Assembly (NCBI RefSeq): GCF_003918875.1
Contig: NW_025765559.1
Span: 1,364,001-1,428,000, forward strand
Source: Haliotis rubra
Lineage: Eukaryota
Direction of reading: 5' to 3'
DNA: 64,000 nucleotides
Positions 62,685 through 64,000 of the stretch are shown here, in pieces. The notes under the pieces are model-generated. The model searched no databases. It was not told where the DNA came from and saw only the letters and a program-made list of their open reading frames with translations. The translations under genes and the position numbers were made by a program. The stretch's first letter is position 1. Each line of letters opens with the position of its first letter.

Positions 62685-64000
62685 AAGTTTCTAATTTTGT
62701 TTGAGTATATATCCAAGGTCATCTGATACGCATTGGTTCATAAATGCATAGAATAGAAACCAAGAGAAAAGACAAAGTTGCACAGCTCGTTCAGCATGGC
62801 CGACAGCCAATGTACAGTACCTCAGGGATCTATAGTGAATCATTGCAATCACCCTTAGAATTAAATATTCATTCAGACAAAGGTTGTCCAAAATCTGCCG
62901 CTTATGACCGGGCTACCAACTAAATGCATTATATTCCGCAGATTGTGGATACGAAGAAATGCCATGTAAATAAGGAGGATGTTATGCACCACTTCTCGTT
63001 GCATTTTCTTATGTTAAGGATGACACCAAGACCAGTTTCCAAGATAATCGTCACTGAAGGGCACACACAATAATACATTTAAGGGTTCTGTGTACAACGA
63101 TATCACTTGGCTGATTGATATGGTAATATGGGTGATTGTGCGTCTTCGAAGATGAACGAATGTGGATGGTTGGTTGAACTATCGGCCATATAATTTGTCT
63201 GATCCACTCTTGAATATGACGAGCAGGTGTTTATAAGTGACTTTCAAACAGTAATGATCCCCAGCGTTTCTGAATCGTAAACACCTCGTCGCTAATGGTG
63301 GAACATGTGAGCGTTCTGCTACCACAAAAATCAATGACAAACTTTTTATGCGTTAATGTGTTCCAAATGTGAATCAATCGGCGGTGATTGAATTGTAAAC
63401 ACAACCCCACAACCGGGTAGTAAATACATATTGATTAGACATCCTATTACGTTGTCAACTACTACAAATACACCACCGGATTTGCACGATGGTGAATATC
63501 TGTCAAAGATTAAGTCGAAAACAGTTATTTACATTTTGAAGTGAATTATTGTGTAACAGTGATTATAAGTGAGTGAGTGAGTTAATATTTAACGTCACAT
63601 CGGCTATATTTCAGCCCTATCGTGACGAGAACAATTTATATCAACATTAAAATCAATAAATTTATAACATAAAAATCTGTCATCAAAGGACAGTAAAACT
63701 ACTAAAGTATCACAGCTCTGAATTTAAAACTAGTACGTTATCATAAAAAGATGTCACTATAGACAACAATACAACAAAAAAACGGGCTATAGATCACCAG
63801 CAACTGAAGGCTGATCACCATACTAGGGACACAATGATTGTAAGCATATATAATACCAGCTAAGAACATACTCTATGTACGTTTTAACCGAAATATGTTA
63901 CAACATATCAGATATAAGACTGATCTGATACAAGAATGCCCTTGGAATTAAATCATTTTATCCGACATCAGGTAACTACTCATCAAATTGTTTATGTTCA
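62685..64000 (+). promoter_or_regulatory. Upstream region of a third channel paralog (CDS expected beyond the window)
   Basis: Collinear with 57588-58560, the upstream region of copy 2. Confidence 0.7.
63569..63830 (-). mobile_element. Family D LINE 3' fragment
   Basis: Imperfect TSD acagtgattataag / acaatgattgtaag. Confidence 0.75.

Overview
Eukaryotic, repeat-rich animal DNA, most likely a mollusc; the SINE families suggest an abalone or other gastropod (inference). 1-29 kb holds the 3' part of a GIT1/GIT2-family ArfGAP scaffold gene on +, with 11 recognisable spliced exons. Its introns carry a near full-length but decayed DIRS (tyrosine-recombinase) retrotransposon, a related solo DIRS terminus, several minisatellites, MITEs and one assembly gap. 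At 41.5-42.3 kb on - there is a compact two-exon candidate gene (TATA, 77-nt GT-AG intron, AATAAA). It encodes a small protein with a textbook BH3 motif, a hydrophobic C-terminal tail and a BID-like xxxD|GN site, making it a candidate invertebrate BH3-only apoptosis regulator and the most interesting item here. From 52.7 kb onward is a tandem array of intronless, non-alpha Cys-loop (nAChR-like) channel genes that have lost the acetylcholine aromatic box: two are complete and a third is predicted just past the window end. A 44-bp palindromic satellite has expanded from an upstream motif of one paralog only. LINE and Tc1 remnants are present, plus four SINE/LINE-tail families that repeatedly stack at shared target sites. 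Coordinates were read by eye; repeat boundaries are approximate.
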